Part shown: piece after piece, positions 9,502 through 18,141 of the stretch
Numbering within the stretch: position 1 is the first letter of the stretch
Layout: each line of letters starts with the position of its first letter
Assembly (NCBI GenBank): GCA_038224615.1
Contig: JBBRFH010000001.1
Coordinates: 1 to 48,117, forward strand
Direction: 5' to 3'
Length of the DNA: 48,117 nucleotides
DNA from: Tepidisphaerales bacterium
GTDB lineage: Bacteria > Planctomycetota > Phycisphaerae > Tepidisphaerales > Tepidisphaeraceae
Made by a program: the position numbers and the translations under genes
The notes under the pieces: generated by a model
What the model was told of the DNA's origin: nothing
The model's database searches: none
The model's input: the letters and a program-made list of their open reading frames with translations, nothing else

Positions 9502-10062
9502 CTACGTGATCATCCCCGCTTCACGGGCGTAGTCGAAGACCCCGCCGGCTTCGATGATGGGCAGGACGTCGCCGAGGGGCTTGATCTCGTGGCGCGTGCC
9601 CTTGGTCTTGTTCAGGATATAGCCGTCGAGGACGTGGACCTCGAGTTCGTCGCCGGTGTTGGTCTTTTCGACCAGTCCGTGGACGGCTTCCAGCGGCAGC
9701 AGGTAGCCGCCGTTGACGCTGTTGCGGAAGAAGATGCGGGCGTAGAACTCGGCGATCACGCACTGAATGCCCGCCTCGGCCAGCGCCAGCGGAGCGTGTT
9801 CGCGGGATGAGCCGCAGCCGAAGTTCTTTCCGCCGATGATGATCCGATAGATGCTCGAGTATTGCCCGCCCTCGACGAACGGCACGTGCCCGTACGGAAG
9901 CCCCGCCTGCTCCTCCGGCACGCCGCTGTTGGCGTACATGCCGAAATACTTTCGCTCGTCGGCATTCGACGGATCGTACGAAAGGTACTGGGCCGGGATG
10001 ATCTGGTCGGTGTCGATGTTGTCGCCCAGGACGTAGGCTTTGCCGGTGATGATCGTCTGCAT
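9502..10062 (-). CDS. leuD: 3-isopropylmalate dehydratase small subunit
   Basis: ORF 9502..10404(-) trimmed to ATG 10062 (MQTIITGKAYVLGDNIDTDQIIPAQYL...GKNFGCGSSREHAP). There is no leuC next to it. Confidence 0.9.
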   Translation of the reverse strand: MQTIITGKAYVLGDNIDTDQIIPAQYLSYDPSNADERKYFGMYANSGVPEEQAGLPYGHVPFVEGGQYSSIYRIIIGGKNFGCGSSREHAPLALAEAGIQCVIAEFYARIFFRNSVNGGYLLPLEAVHGLVEKTNTGDELEVHVLDGYILNKTKGTRHEIKPLGDVLPIIEAGGVFDYAREAGMIT

Positions 10063-10487
10063 AATTGGCTCCGAACGGGCGATCTTAGGGCGCAATCGGC
10101 GCGGACACAACGGCGACGCAGATCGGCTGTCGAAACGAAATAGAAATGTCTCCGATCTTAACGCAATAGAACTGTCCTCGTCTTCGTCGGCAAGGACGTA
10201 GGAGCCGCAGGCGACGGAGCCCTTGCCGGCGGGAGGATCGGGCGGATTCTGGGGGGAGGCAGGCGTGGATGCGGCGTGCAGGGAACATCCTTCGCGTTGG
10301 CGAAGGAGAATACGTCCGCACGAGTACCTGCAGGCCCTACGAGCTGCAAGCGGCTCGTCGTGTAGACCTTCCTCCAGCCCGGCCGGGGTTGTCCCCGACG
10401 GCAATCATATGTGCGCTCAGTCACCCCGCGTACTCGCGGAGAGGCTACGGCGTGGGTTTGCCGGTCGCGCTAGTTCTGCAAAAGACC

Positions 10488-10600
10488 TCTGGCTTTTGCC
10501 GCGAAGGCGCAAGCGACGTCCGGGTGGGTATGCGGCGATGGAGGGTCGCTTGCGCCTGCGCAGGTGTCTGTGTGCAACAGTCGGTCGCGCAAAAAGCCCC
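10488..10600 (+). repeat. ~115-nt structured dispersed repeat (copy i1)
   Basis: Shares TCTGGCTT(T/C)TGCCGCGAAGGCG.AAGCGACGT...GTCGCTTGCGCC(T)GCG..GTGTGCAA.AG.CGGTCGCGCA.AAAAGCC with 30391-30503 and 35694-35810. It has an internal long stem. Confidence 0.85.
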
Positions 10601-10729
10601 CCGTCCCAACCCTTGCCCGGCGTTCATGGAGAGTCAGACGCACATGCGATTGCCCTGGGTTTTCTATTGCGCCGATCCCCCGCGCTCTACCACCTCGCCG
10701 CCGTTTGGGTAATCTATCCCTAGACGCCT

Positions 10730-12277
10730 ATGAACATGCTAGCCCTCACCGTCTTTGAACTGATCCAGGCCCCGTGGATTTACATCGCGCTGCTGGCCTT
10801 CACCTCGTCGATGGGGCTGGTCGCGTACCTGATCCTGCTCGAGCGGAAGGTCGCCTCGTGGGCCCAGGACCGCGTCGGGCCTAACCGCGTCGGCTTCGGC
10901 TTCGGGTTGCCGTTCCTGCCCAAGTTCCACTTCTGGGGACTCGGCCAGCCTTTGAACGACGGCCTGAAGTTCCTGCTCAAGGAAGACTATCGTCCCGGCG
11001 GGGTCGACAAGGTGCTGTTTACGATCGCGCCGATGGTGATGATCCTCAGCGTCATCATCTCGCTGGCGGTCATTCCGTGGGGCGGGACCAAGGCCAGCGT
11101 CGAAATCGTCGACGTCACCACACAGAAAATCGCCGGCACGTCCGATGACAAGTTGATCGCCGACGCCACTGCGAACACCAACGCCACCAAGGCATGGTAC
11201 AGCACGATCCTCGGCGCGCCGGCGATCGACTACGTCACCCCGGAGCGAACGCAGGTTGCACTCCCTTCCACCTGGCCCGTCCCGGAGCAGGTCGGCAAGA
11301 GCGCCGTTGTCCGAGTCATCACCGGCTGGCCGTTCCAGGTGTCGAGCATCAGCATCGGCATCCTCTTCGTTCTCTCGACGCTTTCGCTGGCGGTCTACGG
11401 CGTGGTGATCGGTGGATGGGCGTCGAACAACAAGTATTCGTTCCTCGGCGGGCTCCGCGCATGCGCGAACATGATCAGCTACGAGATTCCCCTCGGGCTC
11501 TCGGTGCTGATCGTCGTTCTGATGTTCGGCACACTCGATTTGGCCCATCTCGTCGAAAGCCAGGCCCGCTACTGGTGGCTCTTTAACGTCGTCCCCATCC
11601 CCGCGTGGAACGTCTTCTCCCAGCCAATGGCGTTCGTGCTCTTTCTGATCTGCATCCACGCCGAGGCCAACCGCGCCCCGTTCGATCTCGCTGAAGCCGA
11701 GCAGGAACTGGTCGGCGGGTACCACACCGAGTATTCGTCGATGCGTTTCGCGCTGTTTTTCCTCAGCGAGTACGCCGGCATGATCACCACCAGTTGCGTG
11801 TGCGTCGCGCTGTTCTTCGGCGGGTGGCACCTGCCGGGGCTGAACATGGTCTTCAACAAGCTTAGCGGCGGACACGGGGCGATCGGCTGGAATCCCGGGT
11901 GGAGCGAGAGCATCGTGCTCTGCCTGATCCGCATGGGCGTTTTCTTCGCCAAGGCGATCGTGATCTTGTTCCTGTTCATGTGGGTGCGTTGGAGCCTGCC
12001 GCGCTTCCGGTTCGACCAGTTAATGCGGCTGGCGTGGGGCGGATTGATCCCCATCAGCATCGGCCTGCTCGTCGCCACCGCCGTCGTCACCTGGATGACC
12101 GGCGGCAAGAGCTACGACAACCTCGACGGCTGGACCGCGCTGCTCTACGCCGCCATGAACGGCGCGGTGCTGCTGATCGTCGTCATCGTGATCTATTTCC
12201 GCGGCCCCGCCGCCAGCACGAACCGGCGCCTGTTCATCCCCAACAGCCGTTTCCGCAACCAACCCATGACGGCGTGA
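10730..12277 (+). CDS. nuoH: NADH-quinone oxidoreductase subunit H, with insertions
   Basis: ERKVASWAQDRVGPNRVG, GWASNNKYSFLGGLRA, EANRAPFDLAEAEQELVGGYHTEYS and FFLSEY are NuoH/ND1 signatures. At 515 aa it is much longer than typical. No other nuo genes are adjacent. Confidence 0.9.
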   Translation: MNMLALTVFELIQAPWIYIALLAFTSSMGLVAYLILLERKVASWAQDRVGPNRVGFGFGLPFLPKFHFWGLGQPLNDGLKFLLKEDYRPGGVDKVLFTIAPMVMILSVIISLAVIPWGGTKASVEIVDVTTQKIAGTSDDKLIADATANTNATKAWYSTILGAPAIDYVTPERTQVALPSTWPVPEQVGKSAVVRVITGWPFQVSSISIGILFVLSTLSLAVYGVVIGGWASNNKYSFLGGLRACANMISYEIPLGLSVLIVVLMFGTLDLAHLVESQARYWWLFNVVPIPAWNVFSQPMAFVLFLICIHAEANRAPFDLAEAEQELVGGYHTEYSSMRFALFFLSEYAGMITTSCVCVALFFGGWHLPGLNMVFNKLSGGHGAIGWNPGWSESIVLCLIRMGVFFAKAIVILFLFMWVRWSLPRFRFDQLMRLAWGGLIPISIGLLVATAVVTWMTGGKSYDNLDGWTALLYAAMNGAVLLIVVIVIYFRGPAASTNRRLFIPNSRFRNQPMTA

Positions 12278-12517
12278 TCGCGCGCTGATAACGGGGCGCC
12301 GGGTGCGACACAGGTCTACGGCGTACCGCCGACTTGTGGTAGCCCGCTCGTCGAGCCGCCAATCGGCAATCGGCCGCGCAGCAGGCGTCGGCATGGCGCA
12401 TCGCCACAGGGCCGCATTTGTGGAACCGATCGCGCGGGGCAAGCGATTGGCGCGTGTCGCGAGTCGGAATCCGGCGCCGGGGATCGGCGGTTTGTGGGAT
12501 GGGCGATCCCGGCGGGG

Positions 12518-13105
12518 CTACCCGCCGGTTTGCCATGTGCGGATGGCATCAATAGGGAAGAGCAGCATGACGACGTTGAGGGTGAGGTTGTCCCTGATCC
12601 ACAGAGCGCAGCCGATCTCCAGGATTAGGAAGACGGCAACCGAACCCCGCCAGCCGATCTTGCGGGCGAGAAGGAAGCCGGCGACGGCGGCGAGCCAGTC
12701 GGTCAGGGAGTTGAGGACGGTGTCCCCGGTGTAGCCGAGGGCGGCGGTGTGTTCGCGGTAGCGGTCGATCACCAAGGGGGTGTTCTCAAGAATCTCCCAC
12801 CCGGCTTCAATCCCCGCGGCGATCGCCAGTACCCACATCCAGTGGATGCGGCGTTGCAGGATCAATAGCCCCCAGTACAAGAAAACGCCGTGCAGAATAT
12901 GCGAGAAGATGTACGGGTCGGCGAGGTGCTGCGAGTTATGCGGCCCCCAGGCATCGCTCACCCACGGATACCACTGCCCGCACCTGCACCACCAGAGCCT
13001 GCCCATCGACTTGAGGACGACCAGCAGGACAAGGCCGATGGAGACGATCAGGAGGATCGGCCGTCGGCGCGGGAGGAGAGCGGGTACGTCACTCGTGTCA
13101 GGCAT
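12518..13105 (-). CDS. DUF2585 (UPF0314) family membrane protein
   Basis: WWCRCGQWYPWVSDAWGPHNSQHLADPYIFSHILHG matches my recollection of the DUF2585 N-terminal motif. Four TM segments. Confidence 0.7.
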   Translation of the reverse strand: MPDTSDVPALLPRRRPILLIVSIGLVLLVVLKSMGRLWWCRCGQWYPWVSDAWGPHNSQHLADPYIFSHILHGVFLYWGLLILQRRIHWMWVLAIAAGIEAGWEILENTPLVIDRYREHTAALGYTGDTVLNSLTDWLAAVAGFLLARKIGWRGSVAVFLILEIGCALWIRDNLTLNVVMLLFPIDAIRTWQTGG

Positions 13106-13113
13106 GGGAGGCT

Positions 13114-13239
13114 GGTTACTGGTTGCTTGTTACTGGTTACTTGGCGCACCTTCCCGAGCGGCTGTGGGTTGTGCTATCGATTGCCAAGAGGTGCTCTGAA
13201 AGACGCCGCAGAACCGCAAGTAACAAGTAACCAATAACC
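13114..13239. repeat. hairpin repeat built from GTTACT/GTAACAAG units (copy g1)
   Basis: GGTTACTGGTTGCTTGTTACTGGTTACTTGG .. CCGCAAGTAACAAGTAACCAATAACC, between convergent genes. A related copy is at 43788-43934. Confidence 0.8.
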
Positions 13240-13244
13240 GGCCT

Positions 13245-14462
13245 TCAGGCCGTCGTCCATTCCGCCCACATACGGTCGTCGATGGTTCGCGGCTTGTGCT
13301 GGGGGCGTTTGGCGGGGGTTTCGAGCTCGGCTTCGACGGGGTGCTCGTGGCGCAGGATGCTGGCGAGGATGCCGAGGGCGGCGCAGGTGATGACCAGGCC
13401 GCTGCCGCCGGAGCTGATGAGCGGGAGGGAGAGGCCCTTGGTGGGGACGCTGACGGTGGCAACGGCGAGGTTGATGGCGGCCTGCGTGCAGATCATCGCG
13501 GCGATCCCGAAGGCGAGCATTCGGCCGAAGCTGTCGCGCTGCTTTTTTATTGCCTGCCAGGCGACGAGCAGGATCACCAGGTACAGCGCGATGACGAGTG
13601 CCGCGCCGAAGAAGCCGGTTTCTTCACAGAGCGTGGCGAAGATGAAGTCGGTGGTGTCCTCGGGCAGATAGCCGAGCTTCTGAATCCCGCCGCCCAGCCC
13701 GGTGCCACCAAGCCCGCCGGTGGCGAAACTGAGCAGGCTCTGGATCATGTGATAGCCATCGCCTTGTGGGGCCGCGTACGGGTCGAGGAACGCGGTCATG
13801 CGCTTCCAGCGGTATTCCTTATGGGCGACGAACCAGTACGCCGCAAAAAGCCCCGGCGGGACGACGACCATCAGGTGCCACAGCTTGACCCGCCCGACCA
13901 GCATCATCGCCAATGCGACGACCGCGATCAGGGCAGCCGTGCCGAAGTCCTGGATGACGACCAGCAGGCAGAGGATGCCGATGGGGATAAGGGTGAGCAG
14001 GAAGTTGCGAAATCTCGACAGGTCGAGCGGGCGGTAGGTGAGCCACCAGCCGAGGAAGATCACCGCGGCCCATTTGGCGAGTTCGGATGGTTGCAGTTGG
14101 ATCGGCCCGAGCTTGATCCAGCGGCGGGCACCGTTCTTCTCGAATCCGATCCCCGGCACCAGCACCGCAACGCAAAGCACGGCAGCGATCACCACCAGCC
14201 ACAGCGGCACGGCTTTGAGGATGGTCTGGCTGCCGGGTGCGAAGAGGCGGGCGTAGTCGATCGAGCGCAGGATCGTGAACACGAAAAGCCCGATGCCGGC
14301 GAACAGAAGCTGTTTCTGCCCCAGTTCGGTCAGGTGGAAACTGAATTCGCCGGTGACGTTGGACGATGCCGACTGCACCATCACCACGCCCACGCCCAGC
14401 AGCGCTACGACCGCAAGGGTGAGGACATCGTGATTGCGGAGGCGATAGATGCTGTCTTCCAT
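13245..14462 (-). CDS. SEDS-family peptidoglycan glycosyltransferase (FtsW/RodA/SpoVE)
   Basis: LPEDTTDFIFATLCEETGFFGA and GLSLPLISSGGSGLV motifs, about 10 TM segments. The track start at 14471 is TTG; the ATG at 14462 (MEDSIYRL) is preferred. Confidence 0.9.
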   Translation of the reverse strand: MEDSIYRLRNHDVLTLAVVALLGVGVVMVQSASSNVTGEFSFHLTELGQKQLLFAGIGLFVFTILRSIDYARLFAPGSQTILKAVPLWLVVIAAVLCVAVLVPGIGFEKNGARRWIKLGPIQLQPSELAKWAAVIFLGWWLTYRPLDLSRFRNFLLTLIPIGILCLLVVIQDFGTAALIAVVALAMMLVGRVKLWHLMVVVPPGLFAAYWFVAHKEYRWKRMTAFLDPYAAPQGDGYHMIQSLLSFATGGLGGTGLGGGIQKLGYLPEDTTDFIFATLCEETGFFGAALVIALYLVILLVAWQAIKKQRDSFGRMLAFGIAAMICTQAAINLAVATVSVPTKGLSLPLISSGGSGLVITCAALGILASILRHEHPVEAELETPAKRPQHKPRTIDDRMWAEWTTA

Positions 14463-14684
14463 AGGTCGCAAGCGCGCACGACGGCCGCCCGATTGTTATC
14501 GGACATTGTCGGCGCAGGCGATGAGCATTTCATCCCCAAAAAGATCGCGGGCCGCCCCGGTCAAGGAGCGGCCCACGGACGTGTCAAAAATGGGAAGAAC
14601 CGGACGACTCAGGCCCGTCAATTCAGGTCAGCCGATTCAGGCCCGACGACGGCATGGTGTAACGAATCGTCAACGCCAATCGCA

Positions 14685-14797
14685 AACAGGCTATTTCAGA
14701 ACTAGAGAGAGAGAACCGCAGATGACGCAGATGACGCAGATTTCCGATGCGATCCATCTGCGCTATCAGCGTACTCCGCGGTTCTGAAATCTTCTCT
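14685..14797. repeat. hairpin repeat, CGCAGAT(T/G)A-unit family (copy c2)
   Basis: The outer flanks are the reverse complement of copy c1, but the central arms and loop keep the c1 orientation (see findings). Confidence 0.85.
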
Positions 14798-14829
14798 AAG
14801 GGCGTGCGAGCCTCGCGTGCGCGTAAGGT

Positions 14830-15789
14830 CTATTTTGCGCTAATAACATCGGCGGGCGACGTAGCGGGCGCAGGCGTCGCCGGGCTTGGTGGTTCGACGA
14901 TGCGGATGCCGAGCACGTTGGCGACTGGACGCTCGATGCTCAGGGGCAGTGGGGCGAGTTGGGAGCCGTCGCTGGGCGTGTTGATGACGCGGAAATCCTT
15001 GGCTCCGAACTTACGCACCATTGTGCTGCTGCCGCCGCCATCGAAGTTGAGGGCGCTGGTGCAGCCGAGTCGGATCATTTCATCCGCCAGGCCTGCTGGC
15101 ATGAGGCCGGCGCTGAACTCCGGACGCCGGCCGTCGACGACGAGGATCACCAGCGTCTTGCCGTCGTCGGTCAGTCCGACCGCGGTGCGCGGCGCGGGCT
15201 TCTCGTCGCCGCCTGTGTTGCGACCGCGGAAGACGATCTGCCCCGAGCCGCCAACGATGGTCCGCGCGTCCGCAGGGATGGATGCCTTGATCGAGCAGAT
15301 GAACGCGTGGTTGTCCTTATCGAAGACGATGACGTCGCCATTGTGGACGGCGCTGACGAATTTTCCGTCGATCATTACCGGCTGAGCCGGCCGCGCCGGC
15401 GCGCCGGCGGCGTAGCTCTTGATCGTCGGATCGTCCATCTGGTGCGCGAAGAATGTGCCGTTGACCGCGAGGTCAAAGTTGCTGGCGCGGGCGATGTCCG
15501 AAGTTGGCGTGAGGATCGTCTCCCAAGGCCCGTCCCCGTCCGGATCAGTGCCACCGGTGGCGGCGGTGATTTGGACGCGCGGGTCGGTCAGGTCGACGCG
15601 GGCGATATACCCACGCAGCGGCGGGTCTACGCGGACGAAGGTCTCATAACGGATCGGCCCCGCATCGGCCGGCTGCGTCGAGGACGTCAGGTGATACGCG
15701 GGTGGCGTAGTCGTCTGGGCGCGCGCCAGTGACGCCGCTAACAAGAGCGGCGCTAGGATCGCGATCATCTGTAGACAGGTGCGTCGCAT
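14830..15789 (-). CDS. secreted phosphodiester glycosidase family protein (DUF2233)
   Basis: Signal peptide MRRTCLQMIAILAPLLLAASLARA. PRTAVGLTDDGKTLVILVVDGR...GCTSALNFDGGGSSTM is the family signature. Confidence 0.8.
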   Translation of the reverse strand: MRRTCLQMIAILAPLLLAASLARAQTTTPPAYHLTSSTQPADAGPIRYETFVRVDPPLRGYIARVDLTDPRVQITAATGGTDPDGDGPWETILTPTSDIARASNFDLAVNGTFFAHQMDDPTIKSYAAGAPARPAQPVMIDGKFVSAVHNGDVIVFDKDNHAFICSIKASIPADARTIVGGSGQIVFRGRNTGGDEKPAPRTAVGLTDDGKTLVILVVDGRRPEFSAGLMPAGLADEMIRLGCTSALNFDGGGSSTMVRKFGAKDFRVINTPSDGSQLAPLPLSIERPVANVLGIRIVEPPSPATPAPATSPADVISAK

Positions 15790-15947
15790 GAATCGAGTTA
15801 CATCCTACTAAATGTCATTCCCGGCGTCGCCGGTTCAAATTCTCCAGCTTCGCTACGGTCGTGGTCGCGACCCCACATGGGGATTCCGCTTTCGCCGTCA
15901 CCGCGCTGGATCGGTGGTACGGTTGGACTCACACGGAGACCTGTCCC

Positions 15948-16163
15948 ATGACCGACCATACGATTGAAATCCTCAAACAGCTACCGATCTGGATCTCGCA
16001 GCACTTCGCCGCGCTCACACAGCTTCAGCAGACCTTCTTCCTGATGGTTAGCTGCTTCGTCGCCGCGAACCTGGTGCTCTACTGCTTCACTCGCGGCAAG
16101 GAGTTCGCCGTCTTGGGGTTCTCGGCAGTTCTATTCCTTGTCCCATTCTTACAATTCACCTGA
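15948..16163 (+). CDS. small hypothetical membrane protein (71 aa)
   Basis: Internal ATG 15948 of ORF 15861..16163. Two hydrophobic segments. No family recognised. Confidence 0.3.
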   Translation: MTDHTIEILKQLPIWISQHFAALTQLQQTFFLMVSCFVAANLVLYCFTRGKEFAVLGFSAVLFLVPFLQFT

Positions 16164-16179
16164 GCCGGGGGCAACAAAA

Positions 16180-16347
16180 CTACTTCGGCAACTGCCCGCA
16201 TTGCGGGAATCTCTTGCCCGTCATGCGCCGCGCCACACCGAGGTCGACGTCGAGCATCACCTTTTGCTCGCGCAGCAAAACAATGCGCGATTCGATCCGC
16301 TCGACGGGCAAGAGTGTCGCTTTCGTTGCTTTCGATTGCTTTGCCAT
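16180..16347 (-). pseudogene. ORF6N-domain gene remnant (55 codons)
   Basis: My own translation of the minus strand gives MAKQSKATKATLLPVERIESRIVLLREQKVMLDVDLGVARRMTGKRFPQCGQLPK*. The segment PVERIESRIVLLREQKVMLDVDL matches the N-terminus of ORF6N/KilA-N-type proteins (I..IR.QKVMLD.DLA), and the sequence then diverges and stops. It is below the 60-aa cut-off of the track. Confidence 0.4.
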
Positions 16348-16467
16348 ATACACCCTTTGGGGAAAACACGCTCGCCAGCTTCGCCAGCACGACCGCCGGC
16401 GCGTCGTCCGATCGGATGACGCCGTGCAGGTTGCGAAAATCCAGTGGCGAAAACGTGAACATGTGGG

Positions 16468-17373
16468 TTACGCCTTCACTCCCAGCAGCGGCGCGATGGT
16501 CGCGCCGATGGTCGCCGGGCTTTCGCTGACGGCCAGGCCGCACTCGCGGAAGATTTTCAGTTTCGCATCGGCGGTGTCGTCGCCGCCTGAGATGATGGCA
16601 CCGGCGTGGCCCATGCGCTTGCCGGGGGGCGCGGTGCGGCCGGCGATGAAGCCGACCACGGGCTTGGTGACATTCTGCTTGATGTACCGCGCCGCGTCGG
16701 CCTCGTCGTTGCCGCCGATCTCACCGATCAGTACGATCCCGTCGGTGTCCGGGTCGTCCTGGAACATCTTCAGCAGTTCGATGTAGTTGATGCCTTTCAC
16801 CGGGTCGCCGCCGATGCCGACGCAGGTTGATTGGCCGATGCCGCGAGAACTGGTCTGCCACACCGCTTCGTAGGTCAGCGTGCCCGAGCGAGAGATGATG
16901 CCGACGCTCTTGCCGCTTTTGGCTTCCGTGGGAATCGTGTGGATGTAGCCGGGCATGATGCCGATTTTGCACTCGCCGGGCGTGATCACACCAGGGCAGT
17001 TCGGGCCGATCAGTACGCTGTTCGGGTAGCTCTTGAGAAACTCCTTCGCCTTCACCATGTCCAGCACGGGGATGCCTTCGGTGATGGCGACGATCACCTT
17101 GATGCCTGCGGCGGCGGCTTCCATGATCGCGTCGGCGGCGTAAGGCGGGGGGACGAAGATCATCGTCGCATCAGCGCCCGTCTGATTCACCGCCTGCTGC
17201 ACCGTGTCGTAGATCGGCAGGTTGTTCTCGTCCTGCTTCCCGCCTTTGCCCGGGGTCACCCCGCCGACCATCCTCGTGCCGTAATCCAGGCAGCTCTTGG
17301 TATGAAACGCCCCGGCGCTTCCGGTGATGCCCTGGCAGATGACCTTGGTGTCTTTGTTGACGAGAATGCTCAT
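16468..17373 (-). CDS. sucD: succinate--CoA ligase subunit alpha
   Basis: ORF 16468..17727(-) trimmed to ATG 17373 ([25 protein letters not shown]...[10 protein letters not shown]...GHAGAII). No sucC lies upstream. Confidence 0.95.
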   Translation of the reverse strand: MSILVNKDTKVICQGITGSAGAFHTKSCLDYGTRMVGGVTPGKGGKQDENNLPIYDTVQQAVNQTGADATMIFVPPPYAADAIMEAAAAGIKVIVAITEGIPVLDMVKAKEFLKSYPNSVLIGPNCPGVITPGECKIGIMPGYIHTIPTEAKSGKSVGIISRSGTLTYEAVWQTSSRGIGQSTCVGIGGDPVKGINYIELLKMFQDDPDTDGIVLIGEIGGNDEADAARYIKQNVTKPVVGFIAGRTAPPGKRMGHAGAIISGGDDTADAKLKIFRECGLAVSESPATIGATIAPLLGVKA

Positions 17374-17941
17374 GATCCGGGCAAAGGTAAGGGGACTGCC
17401 AAAATCGGGCAAGCCGCACCGATCGGCCTGTCCCGATCGGCCCGTGATGCATCCCGCCGCACACTGATACATTCTGCTACATTCGCCGCGCCTCGGTCTG
17501 GCCGAACCATCGGCCGGGTCGATGCTTACGCGATCCGCGCCGATGCACAGGGGGTATGCACAGGTGATACATCGTGTTGCATCATCCGTCTGATGTTGAA
17601 GAACTTGAGCGCGCACCCTGTCCCTCCGTATATCCTTGCGCGTTGCGCCGATCCGACTGCAAACGCGCAACGGAGCGCCGTAAGTGCTTGCTGCAGCGGG
17701 CCAAAAATTTCGGATTTTCGCTCGCACCCCGTTGCGCGAGTCACAACCCTTTCAGCGAGTTGGTCGGAGCGCCCCACCGAGCCAACGCTGTTGGTCTGGG
17801 TATGTTGCGAACGCACTTCGGAGTCGCTGTAACTACGCGGCGCGCGTAAATTGACGCACCGTGCAATAGAGGCCCGCCGAAGGGGACACCCAGAATATTC
17901 CTCCTGCGACGCCTCCGGTCGTAAACGCGCGGCAAGATTTC

Positions 17942-17959
17942 ACGGATTCGTCGGCGAAA
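17942..17959 (-). ncRNA. candidate tracrRNA anti-repeat (strand and transcript limits unknown)
   Basis: Plus strand ACGGATTCGTCGGCGAAA resembles repeat nt 16-33 (ACGGATTTGATCGGCGGA). A minus-strand RNA, UUUCGCCGACGAAUCCGU, would form 9 bp, then a 1-nt bulge, then 8 bp with the 3' half of the CRISPR repeat. Confidence 0.35.
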
Positions 17960-18141
17960 GCATCAGGATAGGGATATTCTGGATCGCCACTATTCGTTCC
18001 TCCTGCAGCCGTCTTGTTTGCGGCATCGCTTCAGGGTGATAGGATTGCACGCGAAGCGTCGTGATCGCGGTGCGTTGCCACGGTGGGGATTAGGCAACAA
18101 GTGGTAGTACTTTCTGACTTTCACGTTGGGGCGGTTGACCT

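Noticed and set aside
10739-11875. 378-aa ORF antisense to nuoH; the same applies to 13296-14705 (antisense to the SEDS-family ftsW/rodA gene) and 14959-15732
   Set aside because: The sense strands carry unambiguous conserved genes. The antisense translations are Asp/Arg/Gly-rich with no motifs.
16079-16543. 154-aa minus-strand ORF between the small membrane ORF and sucD
   Set aside because: It overlaps the sucD 3' end and shows no motifs. A different frame in the same interval gives the more interpretable ORF6N remnant.
9502-17373. Orphan subunit genes (leuD without leuC, nuoH without other nuo genes, sucD without sucC) as evidence of rearrangement or pseudogenisation
   Set aside because: All three are intact and well conserved. 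Scattered pathway genes are a known property of Planctomycetota-type genomes, so this was treated as background rather than as a finding.
17374-17727. 118-codon N-terminal extension of sucD in the track, or a possible sucC remnant
   Set aside because: SucD homology begins exactly at [11 protein letters not shown] (ATG 17373). The extension has no SucC-like sequence in any frame I read.
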